Shown piece by piece: positions 8,269 through 17,248 of a stretch of 33,912 nt of DNA. Every line of letters begins with the position of its first letter. The first letter of the stretch is position 1. Location: NCBI GenBank assembly GCA_020051075.1, contig JAGVJP010000106.1, positions 1 through 33,912 of the forward strand. The letters are read 5' to 3'. The notes beneath the pieces are model-generated. The model did no database searches and was not told where the DNA came from. It saw nothing but the letters and a program-made list of their open reading frames with translations. The position numbers and the translations under genes were made by a program. The DNA comes from Parachlamydiales bacterium. GTDB lineage: Bacteria; Chlamydiota; Chlamydiia; Chlamydiales; Parachlamydiaceae.

Positions 8269-8514
8269 CAAATGTTTTTCGATCACTTCATTTATTCCAA
8301 GATGTAGATATTCGATGCCTCAAACGTTATCTTCAGTGCAGCCGATGAAGCCTTGAAGAGACTGCCGATATTTTGCTTCTCATTCCCATTAAAATTCCCA
8401 ACCAGTTTTTGTCAGGCCTTTCTACTGTTTTGTATTGCAAAGGTAAAGTGCATATGTTAACAGTAAACGCTTAGGGTCTCGCTTTGCGCATGCCAAAAAG
8501 AACGGAGTGTTTTG

Positions 8515-9924
8515 ATGAAGAGCTTTTACCGCATACTGGCGTCGTTTATAGCGTTATGCTTTGTTTCTGGCTGCACAAAAATACAAAGATCCGATGATCT
8601 GTACGTTTCGTCAGCCATTGAACGGCGACTTAATAAAACAGTTCAATGGGATAAAGGATGCCCGAAAGATGAACAAGTCCAATGCAGAATCCATAGTCTT
8701 CTTCAACAAGAATTGACCGTCGATGCAGCTGTTCAGGTTGCTTTGCTCAATAACCCTCACACCCAAGCAATATTCGAAGAGATTGGAGTTTCACAAGCTG
8801 ATTTGGTTGAAGCAGGGCTATTTTCTAACCCAATCTTTGATATTGTCATTCGCTATCCTGATAGAAAAAAACTTGTACCAGACATTGAATATTCAATCGT
8901 TGCAAGCTTTATAGATCTTTTTCTTATTCCTCTTCGTGTAAAAGTTGCCAAAGCAGAGCTTGAGCAAACAACGCTGAGAGTAACAAATGAAGTTTTAGAT
9001 TTGGCATTTGAGGTTGAACAAACATACTATGAATTGCAAGCCGCTCAGCAAGAACTTAAGTTTACTCGATCCATTGTAGAACTTACTAGTATTCATAACG
9101 AAATTGCTTCCAGACAAAGAACTATTGATAATGTTAATAGTCTTGATTTTCAACAAATTCAATCTAGATTCCTAGAGGCTAAATTAGAAATCGCAAGAAT
9201 TCAGAACGAAATCATCAGATTAAAAGAAAAACTGAACAAATTGCTTGGATTCCGTGGAGATATTCAGTGGACTATTTCAAATGACCTACCAGAAATTGAT
9301 TATCAGGGGTTGCCAATTGACCGTCTCGAATGTGTGGCTTTCAGAGAACGGCTTGATTTACAAGTATCTCGTTTTGAAGTACTTCGTTTAAGTCGCAAAC
9401 TAGGAATTAAGCAGTGGTGGGTTTACACAAATGGACGCATTGGAATAGGTGGTGAGAGAGATTCTGATGGACTTAACACTCTAGGTCCTGCTTTTTCAGG
9501 TGAAATCCCTATTTTTAACTATGGGCAAGCGGCACGCCTTCGTCTCCATGCAGAATTAAGACAAGCTCAAGATGAGCTAGCTACATTAGAAATTCGCATT
9601 CTCTCTGAAGTAAGAGAAGCTCACAAGCTTCTCATGAATAACCTAGAAATTATTAACGACTATCGAGCTCAGATCATACCCTTACAAAGTAAGATCTTAG
9701 AATCTTCAGAAGAACTCTATAACGTCATGGGGCTTGGAATTGATCGTCTTTTAGAAAATAAACGGCAAGAACTTCAAGCTTATAGCAATTATATCTTGTC
9801 CTTACGCAATTACTGGATGGCAAGGGTCCAACTTGATAGAGCTTTGGGAGGAAAACTTTACAAGATTTTCTCCTATGAAAATGAACCAATTCCCTGGTAT
9901 TGCAAAGAAGGAGTTGTAGAATGA
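8515..9924 (+). CDS. TolC-family outer membrane lipoprotein, copper-resistance associated
   Basis: Lipobox FVSGC; AVQVALLNNP...GV..ADL..AG...NP; EIPIFNYGQA; LRNYW.AR..L.RA.GG. ATGA-coupled to the oxidase gene. Confidence 0.9.
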   Translation: MKSFYRILASFIALCFVSGCTKIQRSDDLYVSSAIERRLNKTVQWDKGCPKDEQVQCRIHSLLQQELTVDAAVQVALLNNPHTQAIFEEIGVSQADLVEAGLFSNPIFDIVIRYPDRKKLVPDIEYSIVASFIDLFLIPLRVKVAKAELEQTTLRVTNEVLDLAFEVEQTYYELQAAQQELKFTRSIVELTSIHNEIASRQRTIDNVNSLDFQQIQSRFLEAKLEIARIQNEIIRLKEKLNKLLGFRGDIQWTISNDLPEIDYQGLPIDRLECVAFRERLDLQVSRFEVLRLSRKLGIKQWWVYTNGRIGIGGERDSDGLNTLGPAFSGEIPIFNYGQAARLRLHAELRQAQDELATLEIRILSEVREAHKLLMNNLEIINDYRAQIIPLQSKILESSEELYNVMGLGIDRLLENKRQELQAYSNYILSLRNYWMARVQLDRALGGKLYKIFSYENEPIPWYCKEGVVE

Positions 9925-11564
9925 AAATCTACACGACCCTTATAGCTTTTCTTATCAATTTTTCTCTATATGGCCAGAACGACCTTGGTATGCATTCTCC
10001 TAACTCCAAGACGGATAGCTCTAATCAATCTTCTATGAAATCCATGCAAGGGATGAACCATTCGCAGATGCCAATGAATGGAATGAAGGATAATAAACAA
10101 GAAACTCCCAAAAAAGACACTAAAAGTAAAGATCACTTCGTTTCAAAAGACAAGAGCCCCCCTTCTGTTATTACACCAAATGTAGGCTCTTTGCCTTGGA
10201 CTATGGATGGGGATGTGAAAGTCTTTCATTTGATAGCTGAGCCTATTCGGAGAGAATTTGCTCCAGGTTTTTGGGTTAATTGTTGGGGTTATAATGGCTC
10301 TAGTCCTGGACCCACTATTGAGGCAATTGAAGGAGAGCGAGTAAGAATTTTTGTAACCAATAAGTTGAATGAGCCCACTTCCGTTCACTGGCATGGAATT
10401 ATTCTACCTAATGGAATGGATGGAGTAGCAGGGCTCAACCAACAAGCTATTCAACCTGGTCAAACATTCAAATATGAGTTTACTCTCAAACAAAATGGCA
10501 CCTTCATGTATCACCCGCATTCTGATGAAATGACTCAGGTAGCTTTGGGCATGATGGGGTTTTTCATTATACACCCGAAAGCAGGGGATGATCCTCCTAT
10601 TGATCGTGATTTTGCTATTTTCCTGCATGAGTGGCGCATTCCTATGGGAGCGAAAACCCCAATTCCTTTTGAAATGCTCGATTTTAACATTTTTACCTTC
10701 AATAGCGTCCTTTACCCAAAGATCGAATCATTGGTCGTTAAAACAGGGGAACGCGTACGCATTCGACTAGCGAATGTGATGATGAATAGCCATCCCATTC
10801 ACTTACATGGACATGAGTTTTTAGTCACAAGAAAAGGAGCACAGAGGTTGCCTCGCTCAGCTCAATACACAGAAGTCACGATCAGCGTTGCTCCGGGAGA
10901 GACAAGAGATATTGAGCTCATTGCGGATAACCCAGGAGATTGGGCTTTTCATTGTCATAAATCGCATCATGTTATGAACCAAATGCAACATGACCTGCCT
11001 AATTTAACAGGGATTAACAAAGAGGGGATTGAAGAAAGAATCAAGCAGTTTTTTCCCAATTTTATGGGTTTAATGAATATCAATGGCATGGGAGATATGT
11101 TTGAGATGTACGGAACCAATAAGATGATGGATATGGGGATAAAGATGAAATATCCACCCAATATGTCTCCCATTGGCAACCCTGGGCCTTTCGGTGTGAT
11201 TGAAATGGGGGGAATGTTCACTGTCTTTAAAGTTAGAAATAATATCAATAGCTATGTAGATCCGGGTTGGTATCAGCATCCTTTAGGAACTGTAGCAGAG
11301 CCGGTGAGTATAGATGCAGTGCCACAAGATATTCGGGTCATGGAACAGATGACTGTGCAGAATCATGAGCCTAAAACAAGCGACATAAGCTGGCTGAGCC
11401 AAGAAGAAGAAAAAAGACAGCCCCAAGAAGATTCAACTAACTGGATGCAAAGCAAACCCGAAGACAGCATGGGAGGTGGGCATACGCATAGTATGGGAGA
11501 GATGAAAGACATGTCCCCAAAAATCATGGATGACGCATCAAATATGAACCATATGGAGCATTAA
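9921..11564 (+). CDS. Two-domain multicopper oxidase with Met/His-rich extensions
   Basis: HWHG, MYHPH, HPIHLHG and HCHKSHH..N.M copper motifs. The ATG at 9921 overlaps the TolC TGA and begins a hydrophobic signal peptide. Confidence 0.92.
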   Translation: MKIYTTLIAFLINFSLYGQNDLGMHSPNSKTDSSNQSSMKSMQGMNHSQMPMNGMKDNKQETPKKDTKSKDHFVSKDKSPPSVITPNVGSLPWTMDGDVKVFHLIAEPIRREFAPGFWVNCWGYNGSSPGPTIEAIEGERVRIFVTNKLNEPTSVHWHGIILPNGMDGVAGLNQQAIQPGQTFKYEFTLKQNGTFMYHPHSDEMTQVALGMMGFFIIHPKAGDDPPIDRDFAIFLHEWRIPMGAKTPIPFEMLDFNIFTFNSVLYPKIESLVVKTGERVRIRLANVMMNSHPIHLHGHEFLVTRKGAQRLPRSAQYTEVTISVAPGETRDIELIADNPGDWAFHCHKSHHVMNQMQHDLPNLTGINKEGIEERIKQFFPNFMGLMNINGMGDMFEMYGTNKMMDMGIKMKYPPNMSPIGNPGPFGVIEMGGMFTVFKVRNNINSYVDPGWYQHPLGTVAEPVSIDAVPQDIRVMEQMTVQNHEPKTSDISWLSQEEEKRQPQEDSTNWMQSKPEDSMGGGHTHSMGEMKDMSPKIMDDASNMNHMEH

Positions 11565-11565
11565 A

Positions 11566-12153
11566 ATGAACAAGCAACTAATTTTGTATTTATTATGCTT
11601 CTTATGCTTTGCAGTTCTTTTTGGTCATGAAAGGCATCAAAATATGGAAGAAGATAAAACTAAACAAGAAACTGTCAATCCCTCATCAGAACCTCAACCC
11701 GCTGTTAAAAACTCGGGAGGAAGGCCTTTGAGTTGGACACAATGGATTGGTAGTTTCCATTTTATCTTCCTACACTTTCCCATCGCTTTAATCGCAATGA
11801 CAGGTATTTCTGAACTTTTATTTGCATGGTGCCAAAGACCTATTTTTGATTACGCTTCTCGATTTATGATCATTGCTGCAGCTGTTCTAGCAATCCCCAC
11901 AGCCGTACTGGGGCTCATCTATAGTTATACATCCTCTTATAGCGGTCTTCTAGCTGACTTCATCTGGTGGCATATGTGGGCAGGAATTTCAACCACCATC
12001 TTTGCAATCTTTGTAGTTTTTCTTAGAGAGCGCTGGGGCATAAGCAAGCTTTACTATGCATGTCTTTTTCTCCTATTCTTGTTAGTAAATATTACTGGTT
12101 ACTTGGGGGGCGGAATGACATTTGGACCGTATCATATGTACCCGCCTAGCTAA
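11566..12153 (+). CDS. DUF2231-like membrane protein
   Basis: H...LHFPIAL, later H.W.G and TGYLGG.M motifs; about four TM helices after a signal peptide. Confidence 0.75.
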   Translation: MNKQLILYLLCFLCFAVLFGHERHQNMEEDKTKQETVNPSSEPQPAVKNSGGRPLSWTQWIGSFHFIFLHFPIALIAMTGISELLFAWCQRPIFDYASRFMIIAAAVLAIPTAVLGLIYSYTSSYSGLLADFIWWHMWAGISTTIFAIFVVFLRERWGISKLYYACLFLLFLLVNITGYLGGGMTFGPYHMYPPS

Positions 12154-13502
12154 TGGCCTATAAGGAGAATGTTATGTTGGGAAGGCAAATCAGCTATATC
12201 GGCTTGTACATGGCAGCTGTGCTAATGCCTCTCTTTTTAGTCATTTTATTTCAGCCAGTTTCTGATCATCCATTCCTTTACGAAGTAGGGGTCAACTTTG
12301 CTCTTATTGGGTTGATGATTTTTACTTTACAAGTGCTTTTGGTAGGTCGTTTCAAGTGGATCTCTCAAGTTTTTGGCCTTGATACTCTTATTCGCTTTCA
12401 TAGATACATGGCCATTTTTGCTACCTTATTAGTGATTTCTCATCCTCTTCTTTTGTTTTTATCCAGCAAAAATGGGTCTCTCATTTTCGGTCTAAACATT
12501 CCCTGGCATATTTGGTTGGGACGAACAGCCCTAATAATATTAATTACCAACATCTTATTGAGCCTTTATCAATCCAAATTGAAAATCAAATTTGAGATAT
12601 GGCGTATTTTTCATAATCTATTTGGAATTTGTCTTCTGATTTTCGCTTTTGTACACAGTTGGTTTGCTGGTAGCTCCATACAAGAAGTCTTTGCTCTAAA
12701 AGGACTTTGGATTTTACTTTTATTTGGGTTTTTGACTCTCTTTATTTATCACAGATTTTTAAGGCCTTGGTTACTCAGTCGGCATCCTTATATTGTCATC
12801 GATGTCAGGCAAGAGATACAGGATGTTTGGACAATTAAGTTTGCTCCTCCTCAAGGATTCCCCATTTTTCACTATTTGCCGGGGCAGTTTCACTTTGTGA
12901 CATTTCATAGAGGGAGGGATCTGCCCGAAGAAGAACATCATTGGACAATATCTTCTTCACCTACAGAACAAGGGTTTCTTAGCTCAACAATTAAGACATT
13001 GGGAGACTTTACAGCCACAATCGGTCAAACAAAGCCAGGCGATACCGCCACTGTTCATGGCGCTTTTGGTCGCTTCTCTTATCTTTTCTATCCAAAAGAG
13101 AAAGATTTTGTATTCATTGCAGCAGGTATTGGGATTACGCCTTTTATGAGTATGCTCAAGTCTATGCAAGACTCCCAGTCTGCCTATCCTGTTCTTCTTT
13201 TTTATGCTAATAAAAACGAAGAAGGGATTCTCTTTCGTAAAGAGTTAGAAGGAATAGAGAAAAAGGACTATCCAAAACTCAACATTGTCCACATTCTGAG
13301 CGAACCATCCACTTATTGGAAAGGCGAAAAAGGGCATCTAGACCAACAAAAGATTGAAAGATTTTGCCTCCAAAACCTCAAAGACAAATCTTTCTATATT
13401 TGTGGACCACAAGGGTTGATAGATACAACTTACAAAAGTTTAATCAAAATGAAAATTAAACATAAAAACATTCATACAGAGCTCTTTTCTTTTTTAGATT
13501 AA
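12153..13502 (+). CDS. Ferric-reductase-like membrane flavocytochrome (heme b TM domain plus FAD/NAD(P)H-binding domain)
   Basis: Heme-ligand His pattern FHRY..SHP..WR.FHN..VHS; PGQF, HHWTISSSP, AAGIGITPF, ICGP, E.F. Alternative start ATG 12174 follows AAGGAG. Confidence 0.88.
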   Translation: MAYKENVMLGRQISYIGLYMAAVLMPLFLVILFQPVSDHPFLYEVGVNFALIGLMIFTLQVLLVGRFKWISQVFGLDTLIRFHRYMAIFATLLVISHPLLLFLSSKNGSLIFGLNIPWHIWLGRTALIILITNILLSLYQSKLKIKFEIWRIFHNLFGICLLIFAFVHSWFAGSSIQEVFALKGLWILLLFGFLTLFIYHRFLRPWLLSRHPYIVIDVRQEIQDVWTIKFAPPQGFPIFHYLPGQFHFVTFHRGRDLPEEEHHWTISSSPTEQGFLSSTIKTLGDFTATIGQTKPGDTATVHGAFGRFSYLFYPKEKDFVFIAAGIGITPFMSMLKSMQDSQSAYPVLLFYANKNEEGILFRKELEGIEKKDYPKLNIVHILSEPSTYWKGEKGHLDQQKIERFCLQNLKDKSFYICGPQGLIDTTYKSLIKMKIKHKNIHTELFSFLD

Positions 13503-13508
13503 AATACT

Positions 13509-13649
13509 ATGCAAAACACCAGGCTGATCAAATTAGTACTTTTTCTTGCGTCTATTTTTCTACTCTGCGCAATTGGGATGGCTGCCTTGCGAACCTCTAC
13601 CAGTCCTAAGGCGCTTCCCCACGAGAATACTTATCATAAGATTCAATAA
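13509..13649 (+). CDS. Putative 46-aa single-pass membrane or secreted small protein (not in ORF track)
   Basis: MQNTRLIKLVLFLASIFLLCAIGMAALRTSTSPKALPHENTYHKIQ*; starts 6 bp after the reductase stop. Confidence 0.5.
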   Translation: MQNTRLIKLVLFLASIFLLCAIGMAALRTSTSPKALPHENTYHKIQ

Positions 13650-13766
13650 CCCAGTCCTATGCCTAAACTAAATTTTGATTGATTCCTTTAAATAGAGGAC
13701 TTGTGGCATATGGCTTGACATATCCGCCCAATCTACGAGTTCTCATGTCCTCTGTAATTATGAGAG

Positions 13767-13798
13767 AAAAAGCCCTGAGAAAATATTTTCAGGGCTTT
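13767..13798 (-). terminator. Intrinsic terminator of the minus-strand copper operon (possibly bidirectional)
   Basis: AAAGCCCTGA-10 nt-TCAGGGCTTT hairpin with a T-run on the minus strand, 10 bp after the metallothionein-like stop codon. Confidence 0.8.
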
Positions 13799-13808
13799 AA
13801 TCGCCAAA

Positions 13809-14039
13809 CTAGTCGTTACACTTGCAATCGCATCCACACTGACATTGATCTCCACAAGCACAAGAACGGTCGGCGCATTTGCACCCTGCTTTCGAAAAGC
13901 ACCCGCAATTAGATTCAACAGTACAATTGCATTTCTCACAATGACAACTATTTTTTGTTGGCACCTTTGCAGGAGCTGCAAAAAGCACGGCTCCTGATAA
14001 AATCGCAACTCCAAGAATAAGGGAGGAAAATAACTTCAT
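13809..14039 (-). CDS. Metallothionein-like Cys-rich protein with an N-terminal signal peptide
   Basis: 15 Cys in the last 45 aa, all within CxC arrays; hydrophobic leader MKLFSSLILGVAILSGAVLFA; AGGAG RBS; 12 bp after the copA stop; followed by a terminator. Confidence 0.85.
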   Translation of the reverse strand: MKLFSSLILGVAILSGAVLFAAPAKVPTKNSCHCEKCNCTVESNCGCFSKAGCKCADRSCACGDQCQCGCDCKCND

Positions 14040-14051
14040 AATAGACTCCTG

Positions 14052-16238
14052 TTAAAGTTTTAATTTTCTCAATCTTAACGCGTTGAGAACAACTGAGACC
14101 GAGCTAAAGCTCATGGCCAAAGCGGCTATGATAGGATTTAAAAGCAATCCTGTAAAAGGGAAAAGAATTCCTGCAGCGATTGGAATACCAGCAATGTTAT
14201 AGATGAAGGCAAAGAAGAGATTTTGACGGATATTCTTCATGGTTCCATGACTAAGATGGATTACGCGAGAGATTCCTCTTAAATCGCCTTTAACCAAGGT
14301 GACAGCAGCACTCTCCATAGCAACATCTGTTCCTGACCCCATTGCAATTCCCACGTCAGCTGCGGCAAGAGCAGGAGCATCGTTGATTCCATCACCCGCC
14401 ATTGCGACCAAACCATTTTTACCTTTCAGTTCTTTCACAAAGTTCTGTTTCTGACCGGGAGTTACCTCTCCATGAAATTCATCTATATTCAGTGTTTGAG
14501 CGACAGTACGAGCAGTCCGTGGATTATCTCCAGAAAGCATGATGATTTTTAGTCCCCGACGATGAAGATCACTGATTGCAGAAGGAGTTGAAGCTTTGAC
14601 GGGATCACTAATGGTCATCAATCCAGCAATTTTCTTGTCTATGGTGACAAAAATAACTGTTTGACCTTGATTTTGAAATTCTTTTGCTTGATCGGCTAAA
14701 GCTCCTTCTTGTTCATCCATAGATTTCCCAATGAAGACTTCCCGATTTTCAACAATACCAGTAACACCCTTCCCTGTGATAGATTGGAAATGCGTTACCT
14801 TGGGAAGGACAAGATTTCTTTCCTTTGCCCCTTGAACAATAGATTTTGCAAGGGGATGTTCACTATTTTGTTCAATAGCTGCGGCAAAAAAGAGAAGGTC
14901 TTCCTCTTTCAGTTGACCTGCTGTAACGATTAAATTGAGCTTAGGTTTTCCTTCCGTTAAAGTGCCAGTTTTATCGACAACAAGAGTGCGAACATCTTCT
15001 AATTTCTCTAAAGCTTCCGCATTTTTAATGAGAATACCCGCTTCAGCTCCTTTTCCCATACCGACCATAATTGACATGGGAGTTGCAAGGCCAAGCGCAC
15101 AAGGACAGGCGATGATAAGCACAGATACTGCATTCACAATTGCATAGGAAATAGATGGTTCGGGACCCCAAAAAAACCAAACAAAGAAAGCCACAAGAGC
15201 AATTCCAACTACAACCGGGACAAAGTAACTAGAAACTTTATCTACCAATCCTTGGATGGGCGCACGACTTCTTTGTGCTTCCGAGACCATTTCAATGATG
15301 CGGGCAAGCAAAGTTTCACTACCGACTTTTTCTGCGATCATCAAAAAACTTCCCGTTTGATTAATGGTTCCACCTATGACAGGATCATTTTCTCTTTTTT
15401 CAACAGGAATGGGTTCTCCTGTCATCATTGATTCATCAAGAGAGCTGTATCCTTCCTTGATTTTTCCATCTACAGGAACTTTTTCCCCAGGACGCACCCT
15501 TAAAATATTGCCTACTTTTACCTGATCTATGAGAATCTCTTTTTCAACATCATCTTGCACAATCCATGCTGTTTTGGCGGCTCTGCTTAATAATAGCTTA
15601 ATGGCAAGATTCGTTTTCGATCGTGCTTTAATTTCCAATACCTGGCCAAGGAGGACTAATACAGTAATGATGGCCGCCACTTCGAAGTAAATACCCACTG
15701 TCCCTTCATGCTCGAATTCTTTTGGAAATGCTTGGGGAAATAGTAATGCAAAAATACTATAAAAAAATGCCGTTCCAATCCCTAATGCAATCAAAGAGAA
15801 CATATTCAGGCTACGATGTCTTAATGAAAGCCACCCTCTTTTAAAAAATGGCCATCCAGCCCAAAGAACTACTGGCGCACTTAAAATCAATTGAAGCCAT
15901 CGGGAGAGGGATGGGCTTATAAGATTTTTAAAATAAGCACCGAACATGGCGAGTAAAAGTACTGGAATCGTGAAACTTACACCAATCCAGAAACGCTTTA
16001 ACATGTCTTTGTATTCAGCTGACTCTTCTTCAACAGTTGGCTGTAATAACTCTAAATCCATGCCACAGATAGGACATTGCCCCGGTTCATTTCTTTGAAT
16101 TTCCGGATGCATCGGACAGGTATAAATCTGGCTCTGGATCAATTGAGATGACGATTCAAGATCCATACCACATTTCGGGCATGCTCCTGGTTTATCTTGT
16201 TTTACTTCTGGATGCATGGGGCATGAATAGTACATCAA
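14052..16238 (-). CDS. copA: Cu(I)-exporting P1B-1 ATPase
   Basis: Two N-terminal Y.CPMHP...CP.CGM domains; [36 protein letters not shown] and MSFSS copper-site motifs. Confidence 0.95.
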   Translation of the reverse strand: MMYYSCPMHPEVKQDKPGACPKCGMDLESSSQLIQSQIYTCPMHPEIQRNEPGQCPICGMDLELLQPTVEEESAEYKDMLKRFWIGVSFTIPVLLLAMFGAYFKNLISPSLSRWLQLILSAPVVLWAGWPFFKRGWLSLRHRSLNMFSLIALGIGTAFFYSIFALLFPQAFPKEFEHEGTVGIYFEVAAIITVLVLLGQVLEIKARSKTNLAIKLLLSRAAKTAWIVQDDVEKEILIDQVKVGNILRVRPGEKVPVDGKIKEGYSSLDESMMTGEPIPVEKRENDPVIGGTINQTGSFLMIAEKVGSETLLARIIEMVSEAQRSRAPIQGLVDKVSSYFVPVVVGIALVAFFVWFFWGPEPSISYAIVNAVSVLIIACPCALGLATPMSIMVGMGKGAEAGILIKNAEALEKLEDVRTLVVDKTGTLTEGKPKLNLIVTAGQLKEEDLLFFAAAIEQNSEHPLAKSIVQGAKERNLVLPKVTHFQSITGKGVTGIVENREVFIGKSMDEQEGALADQAKEFQNQGQTVIFVTIDKKIAGLMTISDPVKASTPSAISDLHRRGLKIIMLSGDNPRTARTVAQTLNIDEFHGEVTPGQKQNFVKELKGKNGLVAMAGDGINDAPALAAADVGIAMGSGTDVAMESAAVTLVKGDLRGISRVIHLSHGTMKNIRQNLFFAFIYNIAGIPIAAGILFPFTGLLLNPIIAALAMSFSSVSVVLNALRLRKLKL

Positions 16239-16492
16239 TGACAGCCCTTTTGCTTATCGTTATTTTTATTTTCTTGCTTGTTCTCATGCTCAGATTTCTC
16301 ATGCTTCCCATGGCGGCTGTGATGGAATAGGTGCATCAAAGGACAAGAAAGAAAAATCAGCAGAGGTAAAATTGTCCAAAGATGTGGCCCATGATAGATA
16401 ATAAGATAAATACCGACTCCTATTAATAATATATAAAGAAAGTATATTGATTTGAAATTAAACTTCGATTTATTGTTTTTGTCGTCAATCAT
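16235..16492 (-). CDS. DUF2933-like small membrane protein with His-rich tail
   Basis: H..HL...[14 protein letters not shown] motif; stop overlaps the copA start. Start taken at ATG 16492. Confidence 0.8.
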   Translation of the reverse strand: MIDDKNNKSKFNFKSIYFLYILLIGVGIYLIIYHGPHLWTILPLLIFLSCPLMHLFHHSRHGKHEKSEHENKQENKNNDKQKGCH

Positions 16493-16505
16493 TAATACCT
16501 GCCAT

Positions 16506-16847
16506 TTATTTGCCTTCTTTTGCAACTTTTTCGACCGCTTGATCTGGTGTCATTATCAGATTGCCGCTTTTGTCCTTCTGACTAGCTAGTTGCATTGCCT
16601 TTTCTCGTTGATTGTCATCAAACTGACTACAAAATATTTTTAGATTTGACTCGTTCAATTTATCAGTAAATCTTCGTACGGACATAGGGAGATCCCTGCA
16701 TTCTTCTCGATAATTATGTCTTTCATAAGGAACGTTAACAGCAAGGTCATGTTTAGTATTGTCCGCAAAACAAATGGAATTCATAAATATAAAAAATGAT
16801 ATAAATTGCGATAAAGTTAACTTCATTCCTGGCTTTTGAATGCTCAT
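16506..16847 (-). CDS. Exported hypothetical protein, paralog 2 (C-x22-C, MTPDQAVE motif)
   Basis: GAGGAG RBS before ATG 16847; signal-peptide-like N-terminus; clear similarity to the upstream neighbour. Confidence 0.8.
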   Translation of the reverse strand: MSIQKPGMKLTLSQFISFFIFMNSICFADNTKHDLAVNVPYERHNYREECRDLPMSVRRFTDKLNESNLKIFCSQFDDNQREKAMQLASQKDKSGNLIMTPDQAVEKVAKEGK

Positions 16848-16860
16848 TTTTCTCCTCACG

Positions 16861-17232
16861 TTAATTAATCTTATCAGTTTCTTTACTTGCTTCCTTCGCA
16901 GTTCTCTCAACCGCTTGATCTGGAGTCATTTTTGGATTGCCAAAGATATTCTTTTCCTTTGCCATCTGCATTGCTTGTTTCCTTTGAGCATCGTCAAATG
17001 TACTGCAGAACATTTTTTGATTAGACTCATTTAAAAGAGATCCAAACTCATACATATCTTGTGACAACCCATGACATTTTTCTCTCATTTTCTTGCTATG
17101 GTATGGTTTCGATGGTCCACCTTTTGCAGTAAGTTGTGTATCAGCATTTTGAGCATCTAAGGCACTTATGGATGAAAAAACTGCAAATATTACTGTTGCG
17201 GCGACAGTTGTTACTAATTTTTGAACTTTCAT
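16861..17232 (-). CDS. Exported hypothetical protein, paralog 1 (C-x22-C, MTPDQAVE motif)
   Basis: GAGGG before ATG 17232; signal peptide MKVQKLVTTVAATVIFAVFSSISA; shares LNESN..FCS.FDD.QR..AMQ.A with paralog 2. Confidence 0.8.
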   Translation of the reverse strand: MKVQKLVTTVAATVIFAVFSSISALDAQNADTQLTAKGGPSKPYHSKKMREKCHGLSQDMYEFGSLLNESNQKMFCSTFDDAQRKQAMQMAKEKNIFGNPKMTPDQAVERTAKEASKETDKIN

Positions 17233-17248
17233 TTTTTCCCTCAAAATA

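Noticed and set aside
8269..8440. Possible decayed continuation (pseudogene) of the 8050 phage gene
   Set aside because: The frames I translated are broken by stops and gave no recognisable portal or head-protein motif.
13679..14014. ORFs 13679-13912 (+) and 13733-14014 (-)
   Set aside because: They overlap the metallothionein-like gene and its terminator, which have much better RBS and context support.
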